DNA of 63,314 nucleotides, counting the filler, from Nemertoderma westbladi (Eukaryota; Animalia; Xenacoelomorpha): the NCBI GenBank assembly GCA_032718475.1. It is 3 parts of 3 records of this genome, joined end to end, with 100 filler letters (N's around TTAATTAATTAA, not from the genome) between each part and the next. Parts side by side here need not be neighbours in the genome. Positions count along the whole stretch, not along the records: positions 52,142 to 63,314 come from JAUCBJ010004817.1; 2 more parts are not named here. One strand, 5' to 3'. How positions within the stretch are numbered: position 1 is the stretch's first letter; every line of letters begins with the position of its first letter. Made by a program: the position numbers and the translations under genes. The notes under the pieces were generated by a model that searched no databases, was not told the origin of the DNA, and saw only the letters and a program-made list of their open reading frames with translations. Positions 61,451 through 63,314 of the stretch are shown in pieces.

Positions 61451-63314
61451 TGTGCTTCTTTATTAAACTGCAATCAAATAAAATACCATGTAAGTCCTAC
61501 CAGTAGCCTACGTCGTATCATTGCATATATGAGTCATCAAAACTTGTGTCTGTCTGTCTCAGGTCTACTATTACTGGTAGCCGTGGTACACATTATTGTG
61601 ATGGTATGAATGTCATTTGAGTTTCTTTCACTTTTCGCTACTGTAAATAATTTACCACCGCACACCGGCAAACGCACTGGTTTTTAGGTCCCAGATACTG
61701 CAACTGCAGACAATAGATTCGCACCGGACAATTTATTCAAGTTATCCTAAAGTATATGGACTAACCAATACCTTATTGGCAAATAGTATGTAAAGTAATA
61801 ATCATAAAGAAAAATTGTTGGACTCCAAAACTAGTTTATTTTGGAACATATGTTTTTTGTGCTCAGTAAAATTTTCGCATGTCAACTTTTCTGATACTTA
61901 AATAACTAATATTTGAAGAATTAATGTCAACTCACTTTTTTCCACTCGAAATTTCTTTCCGCGTAGTTTTTGCAAGAATATTCAATATGAAACTGTGTTC
62001 GCCTGAACAGTGTGGATGGGGCTTATATTCCATTTTTCTGGACCAGGGCGTTACGTAAGTAGCCAATGGGGTGTTTTTCCATTCTATATGGGCAGCCAAT
62101 GGGAAATACTGCTAGCTTTCACCTTAGCTACATATCTAGCCAATTGCAAGCAAGGTAAATAATTCAGAACCAACCAGTTGTTTTAGTGAGTAAGCTGGCA
62201 GCTACCCTGTGTGGGGCGAGTCAAAACTGCGAGCCATCAGCGAACTGTTATAATTATACTATGACCGTTTTCCAAAAGTCTGTGTGTGTGTGTGTGTATG
62301 TGTAGGGGGGAGGGGGGGGGGGGGGGGGGGGGGGTGTTGGGGTGTGTGTGTGTCAGTGTGTCGGAAGCCATAATTGTCGGAAGCCAATAATTAACTGCCT
62401 TTTCCTTGAACACAGAGTCCCAGTAGCCAATAAACGCTGAGTATTTCTAGCTTTACTTGTCGTCAGAGGCAACCTGCAACTTCCCTTTCCAGCTTTCTTT
62501 CACCTGCAAAATTGATGTTGCACAGCGACTGTTGGCGGTTGTTCGATGAATTGAACTAGCCATAGTATAATTATAATTGTTCGCTAAGATGGCTTGCAGC
62601 TTTTGCTGAACGAAGGCCCGACTCGAGTTACCAATTACGTGGCTGTCAGCCAGTGTGGCACTTGCTCTAGGGCTCCTTTCCTCCTTTCTAACATTATTTT
62701 TTTCATTTTCCTTCAAATCCAGTCACGCCGGATGTATATTTGAAGTAAAATAATTAAAATGACCCAACGCCTTACACAAACGATAACATAATAAAAGTTA
62801 CATGTCTGTCAAGTTATATAGATTTCTATATATAATTAGTACGGTGTCTATTTCAGTCCTTAATTTGTCACAGTTGGTATTATTTAATAATAATTATTTA
62901 TTATTATTATTAGATAATAATTAGTATAATGAGTCTATATCACAGTGAGCTATTAATGTGGAAATACTCTAGAATACGCTTGTGTTTTGCCATAAATTCA
63001 CCAGAACCAATTGAGTAACATTTTAATATAAAGTCTGCATTTATCACGTCTGCCGTTTGGAGGTTCTGTGTAATACATAGACGTGTCAGCATTGGAGTTT
63101 AGTTTATCGTGGGGGCATGACGTCACTCTTAATACGCAATTACAGTAGTTACATCACGATATGCCATCATAGTTAAGTCCATGCACCCAGATAGTAACCT
63201 CAGCGTTGCATTCGATACATAGGGTCCCACGTACATAACTCCCCTTAGTATTTTTCTATAATATACGTCGATGTCATCTAATTCGCACTGACCAAGGTTT
63301 CCAAATAAGAATAT

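Noticed and set aside
62453-62716. 87-aa ORF
   Set aside because: No recognisable motif, non-ATG start, no convincing splice context

Overview
AT-rich, intron-containing animal (probably marine invertebrate) genomic DNA, in three blocks joined by artificial 100-nt N44-TTAATTAATTAA-N44 spacers (28704-28803, 52042-52141). Block 1 holds a 6-exon + strand gene (3341-21263, about 1245 aa) for a secreted mosaic protein: signal peptide, F-type lectin, His/Pro linker, VWD(GDPH)-C8-TIL, 3x Cys-rich/EGF units, 3x ShK-like, 4x PCSK9/resistin-like Cys modules. Its third intron holds a young, internally deleted Bel/Pao LTR retrotransposon on the - strand. Between integrase and the 3' LTR this element carries a ~1127-codon accessory ORF, broken by one in-frame TAG, with a putative Zn-binding motif and a WRN/EXD/MUT-7-type DEDDy 3'-5' exonuclease domain. 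This is the most novel-looking system in the window. Block 2 is a tandem duplication whose junction (36790) fuses a truncated doublecortin-domain gene to a truncated STK24/25/26-type kinase; each copy has private insertions (foldback element, MITE, Helentron-like element), followed by a 5.7-kb 25-bp satellite. Block 3 has a decayed RTE-like LINE and a 5-exon rhodopsin-class GPCR with a GC-AG intron. Paralog comparisons show TA-(CAG/CTG/CCGG)-TA insertions resembling Tc1/mariner excision footprints. All calls are from manual motif reading; no database searches were run.
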